64,000 nucleotides of DNA from a virus, in IMG/VR virus record IMGVR_UViG_3300032304_001987, positions 6,424-70,423 of that record, one strand, 5' to 3'. The position numbers were made by a program, and so were the translations under genes. The notes under the pieces are model-generated. The model ran no database searches. It worked only from the letters and a program-made list of their open reading frames with translations, and was not told where the DNA came from. Positions within the stretch are counted from its first letter, which is position 1. Each line of letters begins with the position of its first letter. This document shows, piece after piece, positions 1 to 8,639 of the stretch.

Positions 1-47
1 AGGCTGTGTCCATCACAGCCTTCCACCTTTTAAAGAATTAACCGGTA

Positions 48-395
48 ATGAACTATAAAATTGTTAAGTTAGACCGACGCCACGCCTACTATAAAGAGTT
101 TATCTATATGGTTGAGTTTCATCGTAGCCCCGACTGGGCCATTGGATCTACAGCCGGCACAGGAGTCTTGTCGTTTGATCGTGTGCGTAAGTGGATGAAC
201 GAGTCTTGGGGTTGGAGTCAGGATGTAGAAACCCGCAAGGAAATGATACGAGTGCATCGTGCCACTCAAACAGAAGTAACTGAAGTTAATCGACACTGGG
301 CTTGGAGTTGCAGGTATCAAGAATATCGTATCTACATGGACGAATCGGCCTTGACCTTGTTCCGTCTCAAATGGAGTATTGACAACAATGATTAA
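48..395 (+). CDS. hypothetical protein, F-x-L-K-W C-terminal motif family
   Basis: 115-aa Trp-rich ORF ending ...LTLFRLKWS... Confidence 0.7.
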   Translation: MNYKIVKLDRRHAYYKEFIYMVEFHRSPDWAIGSTAGTGVLSFDRVRKWMNESWGWSQDVETRKEMIRVHRATQTEVTEVNRHWAWSCRYQEYRIYMDESALTLFRLKWSIDNND

Positions 396-1815
396 CAATA
401 CTGAATTTAAAAATGCTTGTGAGTTATTGAATAGAAACTACACAATTGTCACACACCAGGGCAAAACTTACAACAAACAACAGCTTGATAATGCTACTAA
501 TTTTATAAAAAATCAGCTGTGTCAGCAGTTTGATAATCAACTAATGGGGCGAGTGGTATATCCTTATACCAACGAACTGTTTTGGATTGTGGCCACGTTA
601 AGAGCTTGCTGGCAACTAGGATGTACTGTCTTTGTTGCTGATTACAATCCTGGATACAGCAGAATACCTGAATTCAAAGATTTTCACAATTTTATTGATA
701 TTGTGGTTGGACACAACCAAGAGCATGTTAATTCATGTGACCAAATACTTATACAACGACCAAGAATTATATTTGAAAATTGTGATATTGAAAAATCGTA
801 CAATGCGGATTTTAATATTGTGCTGGATTTAACCTTGCCTGCGGTGACCACACACACCAGCGGAACCACTGGATACCCCAAGTTGATTCATTTTTCACAT
901 TGTGACGTTATAAACATTTCTAAAAGTCAGGCTAAATTCAGCCACATGCAAAAAGACGAAGTGGCAATTCATCAAAAAACTTTGCATCATGGTAGTTTGT
1001 TTTCAAATTATGCTTTGCCACTGTTAAGCATGTGTGATCGACACTATTGTTTTCACAATGCAAAAACAAATTCTTCTCCACTTGAATATGTGATTACATT
1101 GTTAGACCAGGTGATCAAACATGGCATAACCCGAGTCATGGTTCCATACGACTACATTCGTCGGTTAACCGAAGTTGATAACATTGATTTACAAAATAAA
1201 GTTATCATACACACCATCTTAGGTCCCACTGATCAAGAAATGAAACACATTGTGGAAAAAATAAAACCGCGTTCTGTAATAAACATGTGGGGTTGCAGTG
1301 AAATTGGATCCTGTTTTCATAGCGTGACCGATCAAACCAATGTGGAATTTTACAATCCCAACAGGTTTCATTTGATTAATCCAGATCTTGACTATGCTGT
1401 CGAAGACACCTGCATTCGCTTAAAGTGGAAATTTTCTGATCAATGTCATGTGATCGGTGACTATTTTAAAATTCAACAAGATGTTTTATGGTGGCAAGGT
1501 CGAGTAAATTTTATATCTAAAAATGGTATAAAAGTTAATGTATCAGCAATCAAGTCTTTTCTTGAAAACGCTTTCAACACCTTGAACTTTAGCATAGTTA
1601 TGGATTACGAACTCAATCAGCTTTATTTGGCCGTTTTTGATCAACTCATTCCTCCAGATCTGACCTTGCTAAATAGTATGTTAATCAACGAATTTGATTC
1701 TGTGTATACATTTAACAAAATCAAGGTTTTAAATTACAATAAAGTTTTAATGGGAGTTAAACCTAGCCAACCCATTTTGCTATACATGTTTAGAAACAAT
1801 GAACAAACATCTTAA
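379..1815 (+). CDS. AMP-binding (adenylate-forming, acyl-CoA synthetase-like) enzyme
   Basis: HTSGTTGYPK P-loop, WGCSEIG motif, GD and GR motifs downstream; AT-rich; start may be ATG 388. Confidence 0.75.
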   Translation: MTTMINNTEFKNACELLNRNYTIVTHQGKTYNKQQLDNATNFIKNQLCQQFDNQLMGRVVYPYTNELFWIVATLRACWQLGCTVFVADYNPGYSRIPEFKDFHNFIDIVVGHNQEHVNSCDQILIQRPRIIFENCDIEKSYNADFNIVLDLTLPAVTTHTSGTTGYPKLIHFSHCDVINISKSQAKFSHMQKDEVAIHQKTLHHGSLFSNYALPLLSMCDRHYCFHNAKTNSSPLEYVITLLDQVIKHGITRVMVPYDYIRRLTEVDNIDLQNKVIIHTILGPTDQEMKHIVEKIKPRSVINMWGCSEIGSCFHSVTDQTNVEFYNPNRFHLINPDLDYAVEDTCIRLKWKFSDQCHVIGDYFKIQQDVLWWQGRVNFISKNGIKVNVSAIKSFLENAFNTLNFSIVMDYELNQLYLAVFDQLIPPDLTLLNSMLINEFDSVYTFNKIKVLNYNKVLMGVKPSQPILLYMFRNNEQTS

Positions 1816-2029
1816 CCAAAGTCAAACCACGTATTGGGCACATTTTGCCTGGGCCATTGTTGCTGGATTACGTTTGATATGGGCTGGTATTGCTAGTTTG
1901 ATACATGCTATTCATCCTTCTTTGTTTCCTGGAACCGCAGCACAAACTGTGATAGACATGTACTATCAACGGTTACACGATCATCCCAATCCCGAATATC
2001 AAATTCAAATTAAAAAAAAGAAAAAGTGA
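1799..2029 (+). CDS. small hydrophobic protein, DUF6356-like
   Basis: HL...TYWAHF..A...G..L.....ASLIHAIHP.LF pattern recalled for this family. Confidence 0.55.
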   Translation: MNKHLNQSQTTYWAHFAWAIVAGLRLIWAGIASLIHAIHPSLFPGTAAQTVIDMYYQRLHDHPNPEYQIQIKKKKK

Positions 2030-2244
2030 AACTGCCCAACGCAGACTGGCCTTACATCTGTTACACCAGCCATCCTTACCCCGAAGTTCAGAAATGGTGT
2101 GATGTCAACATTGGAGTATTTGATCAAGAGTGGTATAAACTGGGCGAAGATATCATGGCCCAGAGCATATATACAGACTACAAAAGCACCTACCTGTTCC
2201 GTGATGAGCGGCATGCTGTGCTGTTTCGACTGAGGTGGGAATGA
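2026..2244 (+). CDS. hypothetical protein, F-x-L-R-W family
   Basis: GTGA overlap with the upstream stop; ends YLFRDERHAVLFRLRWE. Confidence 0.7.
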   Translation: MKLPNADWPYICYTSHPYPEVQKWCDVNIGVFDQEWYKLGEDIMAQSIYTDYKSTYLFRDERHAVLFRLRWE

Positions 2245-2453
2245 TACGAATCTTGGTCAAAAATGCACAGCAAGCCGTGGAGCTCAAAGATCAAATCCTG
2301 GCTGCTGGACTTGTGTTACACGAAGATTTTTCGTGGGAATACCGACCCGATCCTTACGACGGATATGATGACAGCCTGCATGCTCATCCTGAAGCTAGGT
2401 TTATATTCCGTGATCCAGCACAGGAAACTTTCTTTAGGATGCGGTTTGAATGA
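2241..2453 (+). CDS. hypothetical protein, F-x-L-R-W family
   Basis: ATGA-coupled start at 2241; ends FIFRDPAQETFFRMRFE. Confidence 0.7.
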   Translation: MIRILVKNAQQAVELKDQILAAGLVLHEDFSWEYRPDPYDGYDDSLHAHPEARFIFRDPAQETFFRMRFE

Positions 2454-2677
2454 ACAAGTTAGATGCATGGCCTCCGCCGGCCTGGACTGAAGTTGTTGTG
2501 ATGTGGGAGACCATGTTAAATAATAGTGACAGAAATCCCAATGCTATCACTGAGTGGTGCTATCGTTACCCTGGACACGGACGCTGGCACTTGCATGGAT
2601 GGAAACAGACCGAAGGATTCGCATTCCGTTTTGAGGATGCCAGAGACGCTACAGCATTTGGATTAAGGTGGACATGA
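2450..2677 (+). CDS. hypothetical protein, F-x-L-R-W family
   Basis: ATGA-coupled; ends FRFEDARDATAFGLRWT. Confidence 0.7.
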   Translation: MNKLDAWPPPAWTEVVVMWETMLNNSDRNPNAITEWCYRYPGHGRWHLHGWKQTEGFAFRFEDARDATAFGLRWT

Positions 2678-2955
2678 ACTACTACTACGAACTAGACGAA
2701 CGCACAGAAAAGGCCAACCTGGAACGCTGGCACTTGTGGTGCATGCCCAACTGTTCTCCGGCAGAAGGTGGCAGGATGTGTTTTAAAACACACGATGACT
2801 TTGTTGCCAACAGCCGTAGAGTCTGGTTGGAAAATGCCAATGGTGTTTACTTGGTCAAACCGCACTGGGGTATACACCGAGGTCGTGTAGATGATCGTGA
2901 GTTTACCATGATCAAACTGCGTGCCCGAACTATCAAGTGGTGGGAAGATGAGTAA
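2674..2955 (+). CDS. hypothetical protein
   Basis: ATGA-coupled start at 2674; ends VDDREFTMIKLRA... Confidence 0.65.
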   Translation: MNYYYELDERTEKANLERWHLWCMPNCSPAEGGRMCFKTHDDFVANSRRVWLENANGVYLVKPHWGIHRGRVDDREFTMIKLRARTIKWWEDE

Positions 2956-3274
2956 AGACGACAACATCCGTAATCATGTGTATGAATTCGGCCAACGCTT
3001 GGCGGACCGGGCAAAGGATGAATACTATGCCACACCTGAAGCCAGGATCGATACTATCTTAGGTGAAAATCAAGATATCTACCGGCGTCTGATGAAGGTC
3101 AAACAAGAATGGGATCAGCGTTGGAAATCTGGTGTTCATGACATGAGTTTTCCGGAATATCTGCGTGAAGTCTATGGCATAGAAATGACCATACAGCCCG
3201 AAGGTGTGGATCTACGCTATCGCATCTTGGATGAGCAAAAGCATACCTTGTTCTTGTTGAAGTTTGGCGCTTAA
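2948..3274 (+). CDS. hypothetical protein, F-x-L-K-F family
   Basis: ATG 2948 overlaps the upstream gene end; ends ILDEQKHTLFLLKFGA. Confidence 0.7.
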   Translation: MSKDDNIRNHVYEFGQRLADRAKDEYYATPEARIDTILGENQDIYRRLMKVKQEWDQRWKSGVHDMSFPEYLREVYGIEMTIQPEGVDLRYRILDEQKHTLFLLKFGA

Positions 3275-4146
3275 ATTCCTAGTTGAGACCTTGCTGTTTT
3301 TATAGGTATGTAAATTACCTGTTGCTTGCTAAATCTTTTTATCAGTTCAGCTTGCTTTAGTTTTCTAATTTCATGCACGTTTTCATAGCCATGATATTTG
3401 GGACGGCGAGTCATTACTGGCCATACCTGATGATAGGCTTCGATTTTTTCAGGACCTGAGTTGTTGGGATTTCCTAAGGGACTAGGTTCCAAAAAATTTG
3501 TAGCATTGTTTTCCAAACATTTTTTAATGCAGGGAATTTGCATGTAAGAAGCTACCAATTCTGAATTGGTCATATGAAAAAATGGATAGTGCAAAGTATT
3601 GTTGTCTTGACACCACTTGATAGGAGTCAGTAATTCTTCTGGATATCTAAGACAAACGGTTTGATTGTAGTTGTAATATACTTGTTCTCCACTTCCAATT
3701 AAAACACAAGCTTCTTGTGATTCTGCCAACTCCATCAAGAACAATTGAAAATACCTGTAAACGTTGTTGGCACGATAACCCTGATCAATGTATTTTTCAA
3801 CGCCATGATTTATAAAATCTAAAATGCTGATCTCAACAATTTGCTGTTTTATGTTGTATAATTGACAAAATTCCTGCGCATATTTTATGTCGTGATCATT
3901 GGTTCCTTCTTTGTGTCGAACAGTCAGGGCCGAAAATGGAATTTTTTTTTCTAACATAGCCAATGCAATGGCTTCACCGTCGATTCCGCCGCTGAGAGCA
4001 ATCACTATGGGACGTTTGGTAGAAGCAACTATTGTTTCTACCGTTTTAAAGACTTCATCCTTCCAAGACAATAGTGATCTTATCACCGGTTTTATTTGAA
4101 TATCAAAAGGATCAGTAGTATAATTGAAATTGACTATTGGTATCAT
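3271..4146 (-). CDS. N-type ATP pyrophosphatase (QueC / asparagine synthase C-terminal-like) protein
   Basis: IALSGGIDG PP-loop variant, D...A..FC....I motif; AT-rich, opposite strand to its neighbours. Confidence 0.65.
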   Translation of the reverse strand: MIPIVNFNYTTDPFDIQIKPVIRSLLSWKDEVFKTVETIVASTKRPIVIALSGGIDGEAIALAMLEKKIPFSALTVRHKEGTNDHDIKYAQEFCQLYNIKQQIVEISILDFINHGVEKYIDQGYRANNVYRYFQLFLMELAESQEACVLIGSGEQVYYNYNQTVCLRYPEELLTPIKWCQDNNTLHYPFFHMTNSELVASYMQIPCIKKCLENNATNFLEPSPLGNPNNSGPEKIEAYHQVWPVMTRRPKYHGYENVHEIRKLKQAELIKRFSKQQVIYIPIKTARSQLGI

Positions 4147-4241
4147 CTTGTGTTATACTTATAAAAAATTAACTCAATGTGTTAAATATTTTCAAAAATA
4201 ATAAACTGGTCTTGCGTTATTGTTCGAGTGAAAAGAGTACT

Positions 4242-4556
4242 ATGAAAATTACAGTTAAAAAGAACTTGATCATATTTCATTCACCAGGTGAATGGGAGAC
4301 TGTGCAGCATCGGCTGGTTCGAGATTATGGTATCAAAATTCGCCTGTCTTGGGTGTGCAAACGAGAACTGGGATTTACTGTACGACGCCACAAAGGTCTG
4401 GAAGAACACTCAAAAGAGGTTTGGGAAGTAATGAAAACGGAAGGTTGGAACCATCGTTACTATTATCAAGAACAGGTTCATCTTGACTGGTATAGTGAAG
4501 CCCAACAGACCTGGTTTGTGCTAAAATACCTAAATAACAGCACGGTTGACCAATAA
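4242..4556 (+). CDS. hypothetical protein, F-x-L-K-Y family
   Basis: ATG 4242 after AAGAG; ends DWYSEAQQTWFVLKYL. Confidence 0.7.
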   Translation: MKITVKKNLIIFHSPGEWETVQHRLVRDYGIKIRLSWVCKRELGFTVRRHKGLEEHSKEVWEVMKTEGWNHRYYYQEQVHLDWYSEAQQTWFVLKYLNNSTVDQ

Positions 4557-4574
4557 ATCCTTTTTTGCTATAAT
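4546..4574 (+). promoter_or_regulatory. sigma70-type early/middle promoter
   Basis: TTGACC-17 nt-TATAAT with TG extended -10; AGGAG SD precedes ATG 4604. Confidence 0.75.
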
Positions 4575-4603
4575 ATTATATACAGTCAGATAATAGGAGC
4601 AGT

Positions 4604-5896
4604 ATGAGCACAGCCGCTACAAGCCAGAACAAAAAAGAAGCCGACAAGTTCAAAGATCTTATCGGACCCATGGATCCCAAGCTGGATCGTGAGGTTCGTG
4701 AAAAACTAATCACAGCCCGTGTGGGCCTGTTGCTCCGGGCCAGTTTCTTTGGCAACTTGGCCACCCGTTTAAAATTGGTCAATGCCGACGAATGGTGTGG
4801 TACTGCCGCAACAGATGGTCGCAACTTCTATTATAACAGCCGATTCATTGACATGCTCCGACCCAAGGAGATTGAGTTCTTGTTTGGTCATGAGGTCTTG
4901 CATTGTGTGTATGATCACTTTGGCCGCCGAGGTGACCGTGATCCCATGTTGTTCAACGTGGCCAATGACTATGCTGTCAACGGTGACTTGAAAAAACATA
5001 GAGTAGGTGAGTTTATTACATCGGTGCCATGCCTGTATGACAGCAAGTTCGAAGGCAAGAGTTCAGAAGAAATCTATGATATCTTGTATGAAAATGCTGA
5101 AAAGATCAACATGAGTGATCTTATTGACAAGCTCCTGGACGATCACTTGGATGGCGAAGGTGACGGTTCGGGCGATGATGACGGTGATGACAAAGATGGC
5201 CGGGGCAAGAAACCCAAACTGTCGGCCGAAGAACGTCAACAGATCCGTGATGAGATCAAAGAAGCTGTGCTAGCCGCTGCCGCGGCGTCGGATGGTGCTG
5301 GCAACTTGCCCGCAGGTGTCAAACGCTTGATCCAGGACATGACAGCACCCAAGATGAACTGGCGTGAGTTATTGCGTATGCAGTTGGAAAGTACCATCAA
5401 GTCAGACTTTACCTGGATGCGTGCCAGCCGACGTGGTTGGCACATGGACGCTGTCATGCCCGGTATGAAGAATGACGAGCTGATCGATATTGCCATAGGC
5501 GTTGATGCGTCTGGTAGTATCGACGAACGCATGCTCCGAGACTTCTTGGCAGAAACCCAGGGTATCATGGACCAGTTTCAAAGTTACAAGATACATATCT
5601 TTACCTTTGATACCCGAGTGTATAATCCTGCACAATACAACAGTGATAACCTGGATACCATCTGCGATTACGAAGTCAAGGGCGGTGGTGGCACTGACTT
5701 CGACTGTATATTTGAATACTTGAAAGAAGAACAGATTGAGCCCAAGCGCCTGGTGGTGTTCACAGACGGTTACCCATTTGGAAGTTGGGGTGATGAAAAC
5801 TATGCTGACACAGTATGGATCATACACGGTAACACTACCGTGGTTCCACCCTGGGGTCAGTATGCTTACTATGAAAAGGAAACAGCACATGCTTGA
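4604..5896 (+). CDS. DUF2201-type metallopeptidase plus VWA-like domain protein
   Basis: TAATDG, HEVLH (HExxH), acidic Gly/Asp linker, DASGS MIDAS, GGGGTDF, VFTDGY. Confidence 0.88.
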   Translation: MSTAATSQNKKEADKFKDLIGPMDPKLDREVREKLITARVGLLLRASFFGNLATRLKLVNADEWCGTAATDGRNFYYNSRFIDMLRPKEIEFLFGHEVLHCVYDHFGRRGDRDPMLFNVANDYAVNGDLKKHRVGEFITSVPCLYDSKFEGKSSEEIYDILYENAEKINMSDLIDKLLDDHLDGEGDGSGDDDGDDKDGRGKKPKLSAEERQQIRDEIKEAVLAAAAASDGAGNLPAGVKRLIQDMTAPKMNWRELLRMQLESTIKSDFTWMRASRRGWHMDAVMPGMKNDELIDIAIGVDASGSIDERMLRDFLAETQGIMDQFQSYKIHIFTFDTRVYNPAQYNSDNLDTICDYEVKGGGGTDFDCIFEYLKEEQIEPKRLVVFTDGYPFGSWGDENYADTVWIIHGNTTVVPPWGQYAYYEKETAHA

Positions 5897-6059
5897 ACGT
5901 TTTAGATATTGGTACATGGCCAACGCCGTTGAAATCACCTGGTTCGTTATTGGAGCCATGATCATGAGTGGCTTGATCTACTTTGGTCAAGGGCAGTTGT
6001 TGAATGCTGTACTTTGCTGGGCCATAGCCGCGGCCAACTACTGGTTCCGCAACAAATAA
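5889..6059 (+). CDS. small membrane protein with two predicted TM helices
   Basis: ATG 5889 after AAAGGA; hydrophobic ITWFVIGAMIMSGLIYF and LLNAVLCWAIAAANYWF. Confidence 0.6.
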   Translation: MLERFRYWYMANAVEITWFVIGAMIMSGLIYFGQGQLLNAVLCWAIAAANYWFRNK

Positions 6060-6075
6060 GCTGATCAGTTTAGCC

Positions 6076-6103
6076 AAAACACCCCAATTTGGGGTGTTTT
6101 TTT
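6076..6103 (+). terminator. intrinsic terminator
   Basis: AAAACACCCCA-ATT-TGGGGTGTTTT followed by a T run. Confidence 0.8.
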
Positions 6104-6148
6104 ATGACAAAAATAAAATAGCATCATATATTGATCTTAAATATCTGC

Positions 6149-6361
6149 ATGGAAAACAATATTACAATTGCAGATTTAAATCTGTTAAAGAACATCATTG
6201 ATCTTGCCAGCACCCGCGGTGCATTCCGTGCTGGCGAAATGAAAGAAATCGGGGAAGTTTACAACAAACTAGCTGTATTTCTAGAATCTGTAGTAGCTCA
6301 GGCTGCCGCACAAGAAGCAGAATCACAAACCGCTGAACCCAGCGATCCCAAAGGAGAGTAA
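6149..6361 (+). CDS. hypothetical phage protein
   Basis: ATG 6149 just after TAAATA; ASTRGAFRAGEM motif. Confidence 0.7.
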   Translation: MENNITIADLNLLKNIIDLASTRGAFRAGEMKEIGEVYNKLAVFLESVVAQAAAQEAESQTAEPSDPKGE

Positions 6362-6363
6362 AA

Positions 6364-7089
6364 ATGGCATTTATGAAACACGTAGGCAAACACGGAGATC
6401 GCAAGATCTGCATCCTGTTCCGACAGGTCCCAGGCGAAGATCACATGGCCTTGATCATTTATCCAGAAGTGTTGCCAGCACACTGGCAGGACTCAATACA
6501 GAAAGCTCTGGAAAGCGACATTGCTCAACAAGCCGAGGAGTTAGCAGATGCATTGCATCGTTCTTATTTGCCAGATGGTCGTCCTGTGTTAGAAACTCTA
6601 CATCAAGAACGCATGATTAAAAAAGTTCGCACCAGTGATATTATTGTGACGCCCACAGCTCAAAGCAAGATTCGTCTTGATGAACTCAACAAAATGCTCA
6701 ACGAGATGAAACTGGGCGAAGAAGCCATCAAGAAGATGGCCCAGAATGATGCCAGCCGTGGCATGGTAGCGCCCGAAGTAAAAAGAAAAGCCGAAGCTGA
6801 GTTCAAAGCACAACAATCAGCACAGTCAGTACCAGCGGTGCCCAAGTTTCAAGCACCACAAGACGGTGCACTAAGCGATCGAGACATTGCTGCCAACATG
6901 GTTTTCCAGGCTAAAAAAATGGAAATCGAGGCCAAGCAGATGATTGCTGAAGCTGCTCGCATGAAGAAAGATGCACAACGCATGGATCCTAGAGTAGTAG
7001 CCAAAGAAGCACCAGCCCCTGTCGCAGAAGCCTCAAGCAAGCGCGGCCGTCCTGCAAAGACCAAGGCGGTGTCGGATGCAACACAGTGA
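6364..7089 (+). CDS. hypothetical phage protein
   Basis: 241-aa ORF, GGAG SD, helical C-terminus with KRGRP AT-hook-like motif. Confidence 0.75.
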   Translation: MAFMKHVGKHGDRKICILFRQVPGEDHMALIIYPEVLPAHWQDSIQKALESDIAQQAEELADALHRSYLPDGRPVLETLHQERMIKKVRTSDIIVTPTAQSKIRLDELNKMLNEMKLGEEAIKKMAQNDASRGMVAPEVKRKAEAEFKAQQSAQSVPAVPKFQAPQDGALSDRDIAANMVFQAKKMEIEAKQMIAEAARMKKDAQRMDPRVVAKEAPAPVAEASSKRGRPAKTKAVSDATQ

Positions 7090-7378
7090 TGATTTTTTAG
7101 ATCAATGGGAACACATAATTGCAGGTGTAAACAAAACAGATGTTCCCCTTGAATGCATCAAAAAAGTTGTTGTCAAACTCAAACAAGGTCGTCAAAAAAC
7201 CATAAATGTTCATAGCCTGCTACGGCAAGGTCTTGAACTCAGCGAAATAGAAACCATGCTCACAAGATTTTTTCAAGAGCACGATCAAGAAATTCGTGAT
7301 GTAGATTTTGTAGTAGACATCAGCTCAGTGGTGGAACTTGTCCAACCCGAAACCGACAAATTATTAGGCAAACTCTAG
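7076..7378 (+). CDS. hypothetical phage protein
   Basis: 100-aa ORF overlapping the upstream gene, followed by a terminator. Confidence 0.7.
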   Translation: MQHSDDFLDQWEHIIAGVNKTDVPLECIKKVVVKLKQGRQKTINVHSLLRQGLELSEIETMLTRFFQEHDQEIRDVDFVVDISSVVELVQPETDKLLGKL

Positions 7379-7400
7379 ATCGCAAGGTCTAGAGTTTTTT
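7370..7400 (+). terminator. intrinsic terminator with GNRA loop
   Basis: CTCTAGATC-GCAA-GGTCTAGAG (one G-U pair) then TTTTTT. Confidence 0.75.
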
Positions 7401-7408
7401 GCTATAAT
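7400..7408 (+). promoter_or_regulatory. extended -10 promoter, likely leaderless transcript
   Basis: TGCTATAAT, 5 nt before ATG 7414. Confidence 0.55.
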
Positions 7409-7413
7409 AAGGC

Positions 7414-7659
7414 ATGCGCAGAGTGACCTTTCATAGCTTTCCCATGGGCGATGTAGAAGATCCAGAGATCTATGCGGCCCAACCCATATATGAATGGCAA
7501 CAGACCGAACATGGTCAATGGGTCATGAGCCATTGTGCCGATCCTACATATAGCATTGGGCCCGATCCCAATTACATGGGATACAAAATTTCATTGCAAG
7601 GCGAACTTGAAGATCAAGACGCAGTGTTTCACGAACTCAAATGGGGATCTACTAAATGA
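7414..7659 (+). CDS. hypothetical protein, F-x-L-K-W-like family
   Basis: GDVEDPEIYAA motif; ends LEDQDAVFHELKWG. Confidence 0.75.
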   Translation: MRRVTFHSFPMGDVEDPEIYAAQPIYEWQQTEHGQWVMSHCADPTYSIGPDPNYMGYKISLQGELEDQDAVFHELKWGSTK

Positions 7660-8639
7660 AAATTCTAGTAACTGGCGGATTAGGCTTTATTGGCCATAAT
7701 GTTGTGTCTGAACTGGAATCTGCTGGGCATGATGTTGTTGTCACCGACACACGCACTACCTATGGTATTGTTCCTCAAAACGAGTTGGACTGGTTGATAG
7801 CAGAACGACGTAAAAAAATTAAAACAGACAGGATCTACGGCATAGATATTGCCGATAAGGACGGCATGACGTGGTTGATACAAACACATCGTCCATCAAT
7901 TGTGATACATCTGGCCAGCTTCCCCCGACAAAAGGTGGTCAATGCTGATCCCCAATGGGGCAGTCGTAGCATGAGCGAAGGCCTGCTAAACTTGTTGGAA
8001 GCCAGTGCGGCCAATCAAGTACAGAAGTTTGTGTATGTAAGTAGTAGCATGGTCTACGGTGACTTTGAAGACACCGTAGGTATTGGTGTGTTGGAAAGTC
8101 ACGCTACTAACCCTATTGGGCAATATGGTATCATGAAACTGGCCGGTGAGTGGCTGACTCGAGACTACACACGCAGAACTGGCATGGCACATGTTGTTAT
8201 TCGTCCCAGTGCTGTGTATGGTCCCTTGGACGTAGAAGATCGTGTGGTCAGCAAGTTCTTGATGGCAGCACGTCAAGAAGGCACTATACAGGTCAACGGT
8301 GCAGAAGAAAGTCTGGACTTTACCTATGTTACAGATGCAGCACAAGGCATAGCACAAGCTGCTGTCAGTGACAATGCCTGTAACACCACCTACAACATCA
8401 CCCGCGGGCGTGCTAGAACCTTGAAGGAAGCCGCACAACTAGCCATTGACATTGCCGGTCAAGGACACATACAGATCAACCAAGCTGATGAAAACTTTCC
8501 CAGCCGTGGAGCATTAAATATTCAAAGAGCTCAACTGGATTTTGGGTATGCTCCACAAGTAAACATTGAACAAGGATTCAAACTGTATTATGACTGGCTC
8601 ACTAACAATCCCGTTTACGGGATTAAAAAAACAGTATAA
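7656..8639 (+). CDS. NAD-dependent nucleotide-sugar epimerase/dehydratase (extended SDR)
   Basis: ILVTGGLGFIG, HLAS, SSSMVYG, YGIMK catalytic motif, DFTYVTD. Confidence 0.92.
   Translation: MKILVTGGLGFIGHNVVSELESAGHDVVVTDTRTTYGIVPQNELDWLIAERRKKIKTDRIYGIDIADKDGMTWLIQTHRPSIVIHLASFPRQKVVNADPQWGSRSMSEGLLNLLEASAANQVQKFVYVSSSMVYGDFEDTVGIGVLESHATNPIGQYGIMKLAGEWLTRDYTRRTGMAHVVIRPSAVYGPLDVEDRVVSKFLMAARQEGTIQVNGAEESLDFTYVTDAAQGIAQAAVSDNACNTTYNITRGRARTLKEAAQLAIDIAGQGHIQINQADENFPSRGALNIQRAQLDFGYAPQVNIEQGFKLYYDWLTNNPVYGIKKTV

Noticed and set aside
1-30. Hairpin AGGCTGTG-TCCAT-CACAGCCT
   Set aside because: May be a terminator cut by the window edge, but the T run is not adjacent and upstream context is missing
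3271-4146. queC and a 7-deazaguanine DNA modification pathway
   Set aside because: No QueC Zn-binding Cys cluster, and no folE, queD, queE or dpdA in the window
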